A DNA stretch of 64,000 bases, from the NCBI GenBank assembly GCA_036170915.1, contig JAVHQC010000010.1, positions 160,001 to 224,000 of the forward strand, given 5' to 3'. Positions within the stretch are counted from its first letter, which is position 1. Each line of letters starts with the position of its first letter. This DNA is from Cyanobacteria bacterium auto_48_18 (GTDB taxonomy: Bacteria > Cyanobacteriota > Vampirovibrionia > Obscuribacterales > Obscuribacteraceae). This document shows positions 1-10,219 of the stretch, one piece after another. Below the pieces are notes generated by a model. It was given only the letters and a program-made list of their open reading frames with translations. It had not been told where the DNA came from and ran no database searches. The position numbers and the translations under genes are program-made.

Positions 1-138
1 TTTCGCAAACTCTTTCGCGTCAGCGGTACTACTGGAAAATGGTTGGCCCAACACCAGCCCGAGATAGGTCAAAGCGATGAGAGCAGATACCGCCCCCACA
101 GCAGTTAATATAATACTTTTGCTGAAATTCCCTTTCAC
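1..138 (-). CDS. Partial exported/membrane protein (runs off the window)
   Basis: Manual translation from GTG 138 (AGGA upstream): MKGNFSKSIILTAVGAVSALIALTYLGLVLGQPFSS..., hydrophobic N-terminus, open to base 1. Confidence 0.55.
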   Translation of the reverse strand, partial: MKGNFSKSIILTAVGAVSALIALTYLGLVLGQPFSSSTADAKEFAK

Positions 139-211
139 GAATGTCCTACAAGAAAAGTGCTTGATCGCATTGTACTTCAGCACCGGCGCCACACGCTGAA
201 CCGATACCAAA

Positions 212-949
212 CTAAAACTTCGCCCAGTCACTACCCAATTCACCCGCCGCGGCCTTCCGATCTTTGAGAGCAAGATCAGCCTTGCCAATTTTGTCATAGC
301 AGTTTGCTCGAACTTGATAAAAGCGGCTCCGTTCAGAGTGTTTTTCGAGTGCAATCGCCTTTGACAAATCATCAATTGCTAACTGATAGCGGCCGGTTTT
401 AGAATACATGCTGGCGCGACTGAAGTATGCCCAAACTTCTTTTGGATCTCGCTTAATAGCCTCCGAAAAGTCGCTGATTGCTTTTTCTGTATGACCGAGC
501 AGCACATGCCAGCTGCCACGATCTTTGTACCAAAATGAAGGTGCCTCCGCGCCTGCTAAAGACATCGCTTTATCGCAAGTAGCAATGGCTAATTCGGTTT
601 GCTCAAGCTCACTGAACAATCGCGCTTTTTCAAAATAGGCTTTTGCAAAAGAAGGATTTATTGCAATCGCTCGATCTAAATCACGACGAGCAGAGCTTGT
701 ATCTTCGCAGTTTAAATAGGCGCGGCCGCGCTCGTAAAGAGCCAACGCATCACCAGGGTCTAAATTAATCGCTTCACTAAAAACCGGAATCGCAGCACGA
801 TATTTATTGTGGTTTACCAACGTCAATCCATTCTGATAGGCGCGCGTTGACTTCGCTGATGGCCTGGCGTGAACAGCGTTAAAGCACGAGGCGAAAGTAA
901 CTACAATCGCAAAAAGCGCCAGATATTTACCAATAAAATTCTCCATCAT
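212..949 (-). CDS. TPR-repeat protein with signal peptide
   Basis: Repeated TPR-like units (ALALYERGRAY, AKAYFEKARLF, WAYFSRASMY). Confidence 0.85.
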   Translation of the reverse strand: MMENFIGKYLALFAIVVTFASCFNAVHARPSAKSTRAYQNGLTLVNHNKYRAAIPVFSEAINLDPGDALALYERGRAYLNCEDTSSARRDLDRAIAINPSFAKAYFEKARLFSELEQTELAIATCDKAMSLAGAEAPSFWYKDRGSWHVLLGHTEKAISDFSEAIKRDPKEVWAYFSRASMYSKTGRYQLAIDDLSKAIALEKHSERSRFYQVRANCYDKIGKADLALKDRKAAAGELGSDWAKF

Positions 950-1851
950 TTTATTATGCCGATAGTCGTCAGCCAGGTTTCAACTAAAGTTGGCCACGCC
1001 GAAATCGGATGTTTTGTGCGTCGCAATCCGAAGGCGTGGCCGCCCTCTGCGTATAAATGCATCTCCACCGGCACTCCCGATTTTTTTAGGGCACGGTAGT
1101 AAACTAACGCATGCTCTGGCGGATCAACCGGATCATTTTCCGCTTGTAATAAAAATGTTGGTGGCGTCTGACGAGTCACAGGTACAGCCGGATTTAGCTC
1201 AAATTTCTCCTGATTAATCCATAAGTGCCCAGGATAAATCGGCACTGCAAAATCAGGACGGCAGCTGACTTTATCAGCTTCATCAACAGGCGCGTACAAC
1301 CGGCGATCAAAATGTGTACTGATCGCCGCCGCCAGGTGCCCGCCGGCAGAAAACCCGAGCACGCCAATCTTGTGCGGGTCGATTTGCCACTCGGCAGCGC
1401 GCGAACGCACAATGCCCATGGCTCTCTGAGCGTCTTGCAAAGCCACCGGCGACTTGGGATACGACCCTTTGTTGGGCACGCGATACTTCAATAGCACGCC
1501 GGTAATGCCCCGCGAAGCAAACCATTTGCAGACTTCGGTGCCTTCTAAATCCATGGCCAAAATTTTATAGCCGCCGCCGGGAAAAACAATTACCGCAGCT
1601 CCTGTATTTTTTCCCTCAGGCGAAAAAATAGTGATTGTGGGCTGGGAAATATTGGTAGCAGACAGCACAGTCTTGCCGGCAATGAGACCTTCACCTTTAG
1701 ATGTTTTCTCAGGACCATCCATTTTTATGGCATCAGGAGCGGCTCCCGGCCAGATTGGTATTTGGGTATGACCAGCCGGTGGCTCCCAGGGCAACGCCTG
1801 AACGCCCTGACAGCACAGGGAGAAAGCGATGAGGATGAAGATTAAACGCAT
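946..1851 (-). CDS. Alpha/beta hydrolase (acetyl/xylan esterase-like)
   Basis: FPGGGY oxyanion loop, GFSAGG nucleophile motif, C-terminal GGHAFGL; signal peptide. Confidence 0.85.
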   Translation of the reverse strand: MRLIFILIAFSLCCQGVQALPWEPPAGHTQIPIWPGAAPDAIKMDGPEKTSKGEGLIAGKTVLSATNISQPTITIFSPEGKNTGAAVIVFPGGGYKILAMDLEGTEVCKWFASRGITGVLLKYRVPNKGSYPKSPVALQDAQRAMGIVRSRAAEWQIDPHKIGVLGFSAGGHLAAAISTHFDRRLYAPVDEADKVSCRPDFAVPIYPGHLWINQEKFELNPAVPVTRQTPPTFLLQAENDPVDPPEHALVYYRALKKSGVPVEMHLYAEGGHAFGLRRTKHPISAWPTLVETWLTTIGIIK

Positions 1852-1922
1852 ATTTAATGTGGCTCAGGGGAAATCTCAACCGCATAAGTATATATGCCTC
1901 TATCCCCCCCGAGGAGAATGCA

Positions 1923-2864
1923 ATGTCCTCAGCAGAGCTAAACGACGACCAGCCACCGTTTATTCCAGATACTAATACCCAGGATGCTCTCAAAAAACTG
2001 AGCGAAGAATTGAGTGTCTATTCTGATTTCAGCAGTCAGTCAAAGTCGACACAATTTAAAATCACTCCTCCTGCCGGGTGTCCTTCATCTCCTAAAGCAG
2101 CAGTCACGCTCGACAACATCGGCGACTGGTTTGTGCAGAACGCCAAAATTTATGATCGTGATGGCGACAAAGCATTGAATACGGCTGAAATGCGCTATGG
2201 TCTGAAAAACAGATGCATTCCCTTTCGAGATGCCGAGAGCTTGAAGTTTATTTTGAACAACAAAGAATTTTTTGCTGACGTTGACCAAGATTTTGGGGGT
2301 GACCAGAAGAGACTCGATGCTTTCAAGGCAAAAACTAGTGGACCGCTGGCAGAGCAACCTGTTTTTGTTAGCGATAAAGACATGTTGACTTATGCTGAGT
2401 GGAGGACCATTGCCAGAGATGACATGCAAAAGTTGAAGGCGTTAGATTTGGATGCCTATAACGGCATTACATTTTTGAAAAAGAATTTCGCAACTCTGGA
2501 TGCTGATAAAAATGGTGGCATAATGCCGAAAGAATTGCGTGGCGCAATCGACAGCGGTCGTTTCAGCGGGAAAGATTTGCAAACAGCAGAATCGATAGCC
2601 ACAAATTTCCAGCAAATCACCGAGAAAGCCAACCCGAGAGGCTGGCGCACGCAACTAGTCGACACAATTTTCGGCTGGGAACAATCAATTTATCAAGGAA
2701 CCATCGCCAGCTACGTGATGAAACGGAACGATGAATTCGACACTTTAGGCGAGAGCTTCAACAAAGCTTTTGGGATAGTAAATAGATCTAACGCGCTGGA
2801 ATACTATGACTATCCAAAATTGCCAGGAGCAACGGAAGTACCGAAGCCACAGGGTAGTTGGTAG
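1923..2864 (+). CDS. Hypothetical protein with EF-hand-like loops
   Basis: GAGGAG RBS before ATG 1923; DRDGDKALNTAE and DADKNGGIMPKE loops. Confidence 0.65.
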   Translation: MSSAELNDDQPPFIPDTNTQDALKKLSEELSVYSDFSSQSKSTQFKITPPAGCPSSPKAAVTLDNIGDWFVQNAKIYDRDGDKALNTAEMRYGLKNRCIPFRDAESLKFILNNKEFFADVDQDFGGDQKRLDAFKAKTSGPLAEQPVFVSDKDMLTYAEWRTIARDDMQKLKALDLDAYNGITFLKKNFATLDADKNGGIMPKELRGAIDSGRFSGKDLQTAESIATNFQQITEKANPRGWRTQLVDTIFGWEQSIYQGTIASYVMKRNDEFDTLGESFNKAFGIVNRSNALEYYDYPKLPGATEVPKPQGSW

Positions 2865-2873
2865 TTGGGCGAG

Positions 2874-3224
2874 CTATGTTTTCTTCCAGCTCTCTAATGC
2901 TTTACGCGTGTATTCCGTCGGATTCAAAATATAAGCACGAGAACGATCAAAACGCTCTCTATCGTAACCAATCTTTCGAAGCTCCTCGTACAAGGCTTCT
3001 GTGGGCTCGAAGGTTGGCTCCATCACAGAATACCAACCGCCATATTTCTTTAGCACTCTATTGAGCTTCCAATCTACGCCTGGAATCAGCGATGGCTCGA
3101 CCTTTAAAGTTCCCACGGTGCTTAAAGGCGGGCGCGGCTTGCCGCCATCTGTAACAAAGGCAACATCAATTGCAAGGCCATTTAGACCAATCCAAAAAAT
3201 GTCGCATGTTCGTAAAAATTTCAA
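2874..3224 (-). CDS. Hypothetical protein
   Basis: 116-aa ORF closely packed behind 3242..4141; AAGGTGAG upstream. Confidence 0.5.
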   Translation of the reverse strand: MKFLRTCDIFWIGLNGLAIDVAFVTDGGKPRPPLSTVGTLKVEPSLIPGVDWKLNRVLKKYGGWYSVMEPTFEPTEALYEELRKIGYDRERFDRSRAYILNPTEYTRKALESWKKT

Positions 3225-3241
3225 AACTCACTCACCTTAAA

Positions 3242-4141
3242 TCAATGCTGCTTTTCATAGCGCTCGTTCAAAATATTTTCGATGATGGCTAAAGTCTCCA
3301 GATCATCATCAGATTTAACGATTTCGGCAAAGCCAACAAGATCAGCGTCGCTTCGCGTTTTCAAGCTATCAGTCAATGAACAATTTTCACGTTGAAGGCC
3401 TTTTAGTGCGCGTCTAAAGCGAAATAGATCAAGATAATTGCCTTGACGAAACGGGTTTGAATGGAGAACTATTACTAGTTGCACCAGTGCTAACGGCACA
3501 ATCGATAGACCCCAACCAATTTTCAAAAAAGCAATTGGCTCAATTTTCATCGTCAGAATATGGAATGCAATTCCTACCGACTGAGTCAGTGGCAGGGCGA
3601 GAAATAAGAAGCCAGCAAAAATGCAGCAATTGAATCTGAGCTGATTTATATAATCGTTTCGACCGAGTTTTCCAGAAGCGATTTTTTGATAGAAAAAAGT
3701 TTGCAGCTTGTAAAAAGCCACCATCGAAGTTGCTGCCGTTAAAAACAAACCGATGGTAACACCAGCTCCCCGTTCCCAACCAACCGCGCTCAATAAAAGG
3801 CCTTTGCAAGGCTGTGACGACAAAATCATCGCAGCAAGCACATTAGCCCAGATGGTACATGCTAGGTAAATACCTGCCTGTGCTAACCATAAATGGGAAC
3901 GCTCACCGTAGACAATCGGTACCGTCGGTTGCTCCGAGGCTGGCAGCAACGAGAAGATGCGCAATGCCGGCGCCAGTTTGTCGGCCGGGAACATCAAGCG
4001 GCTAGTTGGCCAAAGCCCGAGACCACTGTCGATGGCCATTATAATGGCCCCGAGGCCGAAAAAGATCGACGAGAGCATCGCGGCAAAAAAATTGATTAGG
4101 GATAAAGTGTCTGTGCTATTCACGGGCCAGCCGCCAATCAT
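3242..4141 (-). CDS. Hypothetical multi-pass membrane protein
   Basis: Several hydrophobic segments. Confidence 0.6.
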   Translation of the reverse strand: MIGGWPVNSTDTLSLINFFAAMLSSIFFGLGAIIMAIDSGLGLWPTSRLMFPADKLAPALRIFSLLPASEQPTVPIVYGERSHLWLAQAGIYLACTIWANVLAAMILSSQPCKGLLLSAVGWERGAGVTIGLFLTAATSMVAFYKLQTFFYQKIASGKLGRNDYINQLRFNCCIFAGFLFLALPLTQSVGIAFHILTMKIEPIAFLKIGWGLSIVPLALVQLVIVLHSNPFRQGNYLDLFRFRRALKGLQRENCSLTDSLKTRSDADLVGFAEIVKSDDDLETLAIIENILNERYEKQH

Positions 4142-4299
4142 TCATACATGGCATTATACTGCTCTGGTCTGAAAAATTCGACTAAGCCACCGATACCGCC
4201 TACTCAAGTAATTTACGCCAACTATCAAAAGCATTTGAAATAAATCACGGCGCGGCGGCTCAGTTTTACGAATGACAGCCAGAAGTAGCTGCAATCATT

Positions 4300-5016
4300 C
4301 TAATTCGAGTCACCCTTAACTGCAGTAGTTTCTTCGGCTCCTAACCAGCGATAGAGAGCGCCACCAAATGCGGCACCAGCAAGTGGTGCTACCCAGAACA
4401 GCCACACTTGCTCTAAAGCCCAGCCACCAACAAAGATGGCAGGCCCAAGACTGCGTGCAGGGTTCACCGATGTGTTTGTCACCGGAATACTGATTAAGTG
4501 AATCAATGTGAGACCAAGGCCGATGGCGATTGGTGCAAAACCTTTTGGTGCATTTCCGTGAGTCGAACCGCAAATGATAAAAAGGAAAGCGAAACTCATA
4601 ACGAACTCTGTAACCAGCGCTGCCATCATTGAGTAATGACCGGGCGAATGCTCACCGTAGCCGTTGCAAGCAAAGCCTCCGGCCAGTGAAAACTCTGGCG
4701 CGCCGCTGGCAATCACATAAAGAATTCCCGCGCCTGCAATACCACCAAGTACTTGTGCGACGATGTATGGGCCAATGTCTCTAGCCGCGAATCTTCCGCC
4801 GGTGAAGAGCCCTATGGTAACGGCAGGATTAAGATGGCAGCCGGAGACGTGACCAATAGCGTAGGCCATGGTTAGAACTGTCAAACCGAAAGCGCAAGAT
4901 ACTCCAAGCAGTCCGATGCCCACATTAGGAAAGGCAGCAGCAATAACTGCGCTTCCGCATCCACCGAGGACGAGCCAGAGGGTACCTATAAATTCTGCAC
5001 TCATTCGCTTCAGCAT
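4300..5016 (-). CDS. aqpZ: Aquaporin Z
   Basis: [17 protein letters not shown]; two NPA motifs ([14 protein letters not shown]); [11 protein letters not shown]. Confidence 0.95.
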   Translation of the reverse strand: MLKRMSAEFIGTLWLVLGGCGSAVIAAAFPNVGIGLLGVSCAFGLTVLTMAYAIGHVSGCHLNPAVTIGLFTGGRFAARDIGPYIVAQVLGGIAGAGILYVIASGAPEFSLAGGFACNGYGEHSPGHYSMMAALVTEFVMSFAFLFIICGSTHGNAPKGFAPIAIGLGLTLIHLISIPVTNTSVNPARSLGPAIFVGGWALEQVWLFWVAPLAGAAFGGALYRWLGAEETTAVKGDSN

Positions 5017-5074
5017 GAATAATCCTCATATGGAACGACTGAGCTTACCCTCTTTGCAATCATATGTGATACCG

Positions 5075-5314
5075 CTACACATCTCTCGCGGCGTAGACGA
5101 CAACTTCATTAGTCCAGCTAATATACTTGTAGTGAACTTGCAAGAGTCGGCCATTTGAGGTCTTGCCCGTGAGCATCTGCAATTCTTTCTCGGCATTCGC
5201 CGGCAGCGTAAAATCTTTAGGGAAACATTCGAACACTTCTGCCTCGGACACAGGCGGATCTTGGCACTCCATGAAGGCCCGCGACTGGTCATCAGCAATT
5301 ACGATTCTGAACAT
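5075..5314 (-). CDS. Small protein, possible BrnT-like fold
   Basis: VSEAEVFECF ... GKTSNGRLLQVHY ... VYAARDV resembles BrnT-type RNase toxins. Confidence 0.4.
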   Translation of the reverse strand: MFRIVIADDQSRAFMECQDPPVSEAEVFECFPKDFTLPANAEKELQMLTGKTSNGRLLQVHYKYISWTNEVVVYAARDV

Positions 5315-5354
5315 GGCAATACCACTGCACCAACAAATCGATCATACCCATTTT

Positions 5355-5684
5355 TCAATCTAGCGGGCTGGAGAGCGATTGCGGGGGAGCGACGACAACG
5401 TTTAGACTAAGAATCTGAAGAAATTTAAGGTTAAGGAAGAACCACACAACGCTGGATACTAAAGCGAACGGCACCAAAATTCTCAGGTCGGGGCCGAAAA
5501 GCACCAACATGTTCGGTAGCCACGACAACCACATATTTGCTGTAGCAAATGTTCGCCAAAATCTAGTCTTTGTCCAATCTTTTAAGCAACAGATAACAGC
5601 GGCCACAGTGGCTCCCGGCAGCACAGCTAGTGCCGCAAAAGCGAGCAGTGCCACCAGAATGAAAAACAACGACACAATATCCAT
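5355..5684 (-). CDS. Small membrane protein
   Basis: About three hydrophobic helices. Confidence 0.55.
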   Translation of the reverse strand: MDIVSLFFILVALLAFAALAVLPGATVAAVICCLKDWTKTRFWRTFATANMWLSWLPNMLVLFGPDLRILVPFALVSSVVWFFLNLKFLQILSLNVVVAPPQSLSSPLD

Positions 5685-5731
5685 TTTGGACCTTCAGGCT
5701 TTTTGGCTTACGAGTAGGCAATCTACGGGGC

Positions 5732-6004
5732 CTAAGTCGACGGCCGGTCTGCCGGTGAAAACTTCTTCAACTCTTCTTGAATCTCAATTAAGTGGTGTTT
5801 CAGTCTTGCAGTCATTTCGCTTTGCTGTGCAATTTGCAATTCTAGTTCGATGACATTGAGATTCTCGGCTCGGAATTTTTCCAACTGCACGGCAAGAATG
5901 GCCTCCATAACTTCAGACTTAGCTAACGCTGTTGCTATGTTGGCGCGGTTGCCAGTCAAGCTATGGTAGACAGATTCTAAATTTTGTTCTGGTTCGCCTA
6001 CCAT
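5732..6004 (-). CDS. Hypothetical coiled-coil protein
   Basis: ATG 6004 with GAGAG upstream; heptad-like E/L/Q-rich sequence. Confidence 0.5.
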   Translation of the reverse strand: MVGEPEQNLESVYHSLTGNRANIATALAKSEVMEAILAVQLEKFRAENLNVIELELQIAQQSEMTARLKHHLIEIQEELKKFSPADRPST

Positions 6005-6106
6005 GGTAAATCTCTCTACTGCAATGCAGTGGGCTACTGAGCGTCGACAATACTTTACCACCTCTCTGAATGTTCCCTGAGACAGGCTAAACTATTGGCG
6101 TAGACT

Positions 6107-7417
6107 TTGAAGCTAGCAAAAGTGTCAAAACAAATCAGCAAACGCGTCCTCAGTATTATGGCCATAGCCAGCTTAGCGGCCGTCACTCCGGCATACTCTA
6201 ATGACGCGGCTTCGGAAAAAGTTCTTCTGCAAGCCTTAGCAGTCGCGCAGGCAAACAAACAGCCTGCCAAGCAATATGAAGTTTACAGAAAATTAGCTGC
6301 ACAAGCGCGAAAGCAAAAATGGAACGATAAATTTCTTGCTTACGAGAAAGCAGCATTGGCTCTTTGCCGCTCTATGCCTCAAGCAAATAAGACTAAAGAA
6401 GCAGAAATTTACTGTGACCTCGGCAATTTTTACCTTGAGGAGGACAAGTATGCTCCCGCCGCAGAAAATCTAGAGCTATGCATGAATATTGTAAGACCCA
6501 TGTGTAGCGAAAATAGTGTGACCACGCTCGACCTGGAAGTTGCTTTGGCAAACTTGTACGCCGAATTGGGCGACAAATCTAGGGAAGCGCAGTGGAGAAA
6601 ACTCAGTCTTGCCCACTCAAAAAGTTTAATGGAAACAGTTCAACGTCGCATCAAATCAGTCTGGTTCCCGAAAAAATGGCCAAGCAGTATGCACGCGGTG
6701 GCATTATTCAAAGTGAACGGCAATGGTGAGTTTTTTGACATTCAGTTTAGCAATTCTTCGCAAGCACCAGATTTTCTAGATGCCTGCCGGGAGGCAGTCA
6801 AAGGCTCAAATGCCAAACCTATGCAATCGTGGCAATATTACGCTCCTCCAGCCGATGTTGAATTTAAGTTTGACTATAACGTTTATGGCGGCCAAAAAAT
6901 CCCTAATGGTGCGCGCCCCGGCTACACGCCGCCAACACCACCGTCGCCACCTGGCCCCCACGCTGAGTTAGCCATGCTAAGGGGAATGAATAAAATCAAT
7001 GGGGAGATAAACAAACAGCTGGCCGATTTTATAGCAATCGACACCGACAAGACAACGTTAACTTTGCCGGTAGCACTAAAGGCGGTGGCATTGAGCGAGC
7101 AGTACCTGAACCTGGGGCAATTTGATAAAGCAGAAGCTTTGGTGAAAGACCTGTTGCAGCGCCCTGGCGTGACTCAAACAGAAAGCGTGAGCAAAACAGT
7201 GCTTCAAGCCGAGACGGGCTGCATACTGCAAAAACAGCAGAAATTGCCGGACGCAAGCACCGTTTTTAAGGCAGTCTGTGAATCTCCGCTGTTTGAGCAA
7301 ATGCCACTTTCGGAGAGGCAGCGATTTCTAAAATCATATGGTGACGCCCTTTTCAAACAAGGAAAAGAAACTGAAGCGAACGCCATATATGTGCGACGTG
7401 CGGCACTGACAAAGTGA
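6107..7417 (+). CDS. TPR protein with a central TonB C-terminal-like domain
   Basis: Signal peptide; VQRRIKSVWFP...SSQ...DACREAV...VEFKFDYNV; Pro-rich linker; TPR-like helices. Confidence 0.7.
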   Translation: MKLAKVSKQISKRVLSIMAIASLAAVTPAYSNDAASEKVLLQALAVAQANKQPAKQYEVYRKLAAQARKQKWNDKFLAYEKAALALCRSMPQANKTKEAEIYCDLGNFYLEEDKYAPAAENLELCMNIVRPMCSENSVTTLDLEVALANLYAELGDKSREAQWRKLSLAHSKSLMETVQRRIKSVWFPKKWPSSMHAVALFKVNGNGEFFDIQFSNSSQAPDFLDACREAVKGSNAKPMQSWQYYAPPADVEFKFDYNVYGGQKIPNGARPGYTPPTPPSPPGPHAELAMLRGMNKINGEINKQLADFIAIDTDKTTLTLPVALKAVALSEQYLNLGQFDKAEALVKDLLQRPGVTQTESVSKTVLQAETGCILQKQQKLPDASTVFKAVCESPLFEQMPLSERQRFLKSYGDALFKQGKETEANAIYVRRAALTK

Positions 7418-7583
7418 CTTGATATTTCGACAACGCTCACTGCCCAAAGAAGTTAGTCTGAATGCGAAGCCTACCATCGCCGGCCAGCGGGGCCTCAGGT
7501 CAGGTTAGTTGGGACTGTCAACCAGCTCGAAACTGCTATGATTTAAAGAGCTTGCAAACTCAGGACATTGGGTTCGATAAAAG

Positions 7584-7856
7584 TTGAAAATGCTAAATGC
7601 AATAAGCGACATGGTTGTTAGAAATTACTTGCTTCTCAAGAAAAGCATTAAGGAGTTGTGGCAGTTACCACTCCCGATTAAATGCGGAATTCTAGTAACC
7701 CCGATTATAGCGAAGCTGATGCTAAACCATGTTCGCTCTATTGGATGGGACTATGCCTCCAGTAAAATGGCAGCCATAGCAGTCTTTGTCGTATGCGGCG
7801 CTATCACCATGGTGTGGTGGTACGAAAGTAAGTACTTTGAAAAGGGTTCGGACTAA
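7584..7856 (+). CDS. Small membrane protein
   Basis: Two hydrophobic segments. Confidence 0.45.
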   Translation: MKMLNAISDMVVRNYLLLKKSIKELWQLPLPIKCGILVTPIIAKLMLNHVRSIGWDYASSKMAAIAVFVVCGAITMVWWYESKYFEKGSD

Positions 7857-8051
7857 TTAGCCACACTAAACCCTCACTACCCAACGAATTATCAAGTAAT
7901 TAAATCATTGGCAGTATGCGTTCGCCCAAAACGCTTTATACTGACACAACAAAATGCAGTTCATTCAGACCCTGACTCTACAATCGGTGGTTTTCTCAAA
8001 GAACTAATCACTACGGCTTGATGTGGATATCAACCAGAACGAGAAAACCAA

Positions 8052-9065
8052 ATGAATAATCTCAACGGAACAAAAATCATCGGCGTAGGCGGGGCACTTC
8101 CTGCGACGGTCGTTACTAATGCAGACTTAGAAAATCAAGTTGATACATCAGATGAATGGATAACATCCCGCACTGGAATCAAGCAGCGGCATGTCGTCGA
8201 TACCGAGACTTGTACTAGCTTATCAACAGCGGCCGCATTAGACGCCATGAAATTCGCCGGTGTCAATGCTGAAGAGATCGACCTGATCATTGTGGCGACT
8301 TCAACTCCAGATTATTTGTATCCGTCAACGGCATGCCTTGTACAAAGAGAAATTGGTGCCATCAACGCCGCGGCCTTTGACATAGGAGCCGCTTGCACAG
8401 GCATTGTTTACGCACTGACCGTGGCAGACCAATTTATCAAAACAGGCGCTAGCAAAACCGTGCTGGTAATTGGTGCCGATGTTCACTCAAGATTTTTAGA
8501 TTGGAATGATAGAAACACTTGCATATTATTCGGCGATGGTGCCGGCGCTTTTGTACTGCAAGCCTCAACTGAAGAAAACGACATTCTTGCTACGCATATC
8601 AAAGCTGACGGCCGAAAAGCAGATTTTTTAAACATTCCGAATTTTGGCGTAAATTACCAGAAACCTGGCACTCCAGACAAAAAAGAAGATCAGCGCTTTG
8701 TTCAAATGAATGGCAAAGTTGTTTATGAATTTGCGGTGAGCATTGTCCCAGACGCAGTGAGAGAGGTCTGCAGCAAAGCCAATATGGAACTAACAGATGT
8801 TGACTTCTTCATCCTGCACCAGGCGAACCGAAGAATCATCAAAGCCGTAGCGACAAAACTTGGCCTTCCTGACGACAAGATGGTAGTCACGCTAGATAGT
8901 GTAGGCAACACGTCTGCGGCGTCCATTCCGCTAGCGCTGAAGCACGCCTTAACGACTGGTCAAATCAAGTCGCCGGCCAAGTGTGCGCTGGTAGGCTTTG
9001 GTGGTGGCTTAACCTGGGGCGCGTTGATCATCAACTGGCGAGCGATTACCAAATCCAGGGTATGA
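8052..9065 (+). CDS. fabH: 3-oxoacyl-ACP synthase III
   Basis: DTSDEWITSRTGI, AACTG (catalytic Cys), LFGDGAGA, LHQAN, GNTSAAS, FGGGLTWG. Confidence 0.95.
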   Translation: MNNLNGTKIIGVGGALPATVVTNADLENQVDTSDEWITSRTGIKQRHVVDTETCTSLSTAAALDAMKFAGVNAEEIDLIIVATSTPDYLYPSTACLVQREIGAINAAAFDIGAACTGIVYALTVADQFIKTGASKTVLVIGADVHSRFLDWNDRNTCILFGDGAGAFVLQASTEENDILATHIKADGRKADFLNIPNFGVNYQKPGTPDKKEDQRFVQMNGKVVYEFAVSIVPDAVREVCSKANMELTDVDFFILHQANRRIIKAVATKLGLPDDKMVVTLDSVGNTSAASIPLALKHALTTGQIKSPAKCALVGFGGGLTWGALIINWRAITKSRV

Positions 9066-9088
9066 TTTGCAGGAGATTGCTGTAAAAC

Positions 9089-10042
9089 TTGCGCTCCTTC
9101 TCTGCAATTTTAGTCGCCATGATATTGTTGCAAATGTACAACGGTGCAATTGCTAAAAGTGATATTGATACTAGACGCAAAATTTACTTCCCGGCAAAAT
9201 CTATCGGCAAAGTTTACACCGTAAGCACTACTAACCCAGTGTTTCTTGTGTCACTAGGTAGTATTAGAGGTCGTTTTATCGGTCCTGCTAGCGGCACCTA
9301 TACAATTCCCAAAAATGAAAAAGTCTTCCTTGAGCTTGACCCTGGCGCCGCCGAAGATTCTTCAAACTTGAAAGGCCTTGGTCCAGATACTTGCTTTGCC
9401 ATTCGCATTTTTTATGCAGAGACTAACGATAATCTTCTGCGAGAATTGAGCAAACTAAAAAGCCTTTATCGATTAGACATGCGAGAGTGTATTTTCTCTG
9501 AACAGGGCTTGCGGGCCCTTTCGCAATTAGACTATCTAGAAAGATTGGCGATGGAAGGGTGTGCGATCAAGGGTGACTGCAATGAAGCCCTGCACCAATT
9601 TAAGAAACTTCGATATCTGAATATAAGCGGTTGCCATACGGCACCAGCAACAGTGGCACAACTATTTAATCTTCCACACCTTGAATATTTTGCCATAGCT
9701 CGTTGCGGCATTAATAACGAAGCGCTCAAAGGTGCACTGGCCGCTAAACATCTGAAGTTTTTAGATTTAAGTTCAAATGCGGAGGTAACGGGCGCAGGGC
9801 TAGCCAATCTAAAATCTTGCCGTTCGCTAACCAATCTCAGAATAAAATTTACTGGCATTCGCGCCCGCGATTTGCTCATGCTAAAAGGTTTGCCTTTGCA
9901 CCTCGTAGACTTGCACGAGAGCAGCATCTCTGCCAGCCTGCTTAACGAGTTGCAAATCGCGTTTCCCGGATGCATGTTTACTCTTGCGAAGAAAGAACCT
10001 TCGGGTGATTACAAAATGCTTTTCGCGCCTACAACGCGGTAG
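9089..10042 (+). CDS. Leucine-rich repeat protein
   Basis: Repeated LxxLxxLxL motifs; signal peptide. Confidence 0.75.
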   Translation: MRSFSAILVAMILLQMYNGAIAKSDIDTRRKIYFPAKSIGKVYTVSTTNPVFLVSLGSIRGRFIGPASGTYTIPKNEKVFLELDPGAAEDSSNLKGLGPDTCFAIRIFYAETNDNLLRELSKLKSLYRLDMRECIFSEQGLRALSQLDYLERLAMEGCAIKGDCNEALHQFKKLRYLNISGCHTAPATVAQLFNLPHLEYFAIARCGINNEALKGALAAKHLKFLDLSSNAEVTGAGLANLKSCRSLTNLRIKFTGIRARDLLMLKGLPLHLVDLHESSISASLLNELQIAFPGCMFTLAKKEPSGDYKMLFAPTTR

Positions 10043-10082
10043 TTGAAGTATGCCTCGAAGTTTGCAAACATACAACAAACCC

Positions 10083-10111
10083 TTGACTACTAACCGTTGA
10101 GTTAGTACTCT
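10083..10111 (+). promoter_or_regulatory. Sigma70-type promoter with overlapping TetR-like operator for the efflux operon
   Basis: TTGACT-N17-TACTCT; inverted repeat TACTAAC-N6-GTTAGTA at 10088-10107. Confidence 0.55.
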
Positions 10112-10168
10112 GTATAATAAGGAATCTCTGGCGCGCGCCCGAGTCCTTGAAAAGCTCTTACCAAAACG

Positions 10169-10195
10169 CAGAGAAATTTGCGGGAAATTTCTCTG
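10169..10195. repeat. Perfect 11-bp inverted repeat in the efflux leader
   Basis: CAGAGAAATTT-GCGGG-AAATTTCTCTG. Confidence 0.7.
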
Positions 10196-10219
10196 TAAAA
10201 TGTCAGGCACGCAGGAGAC

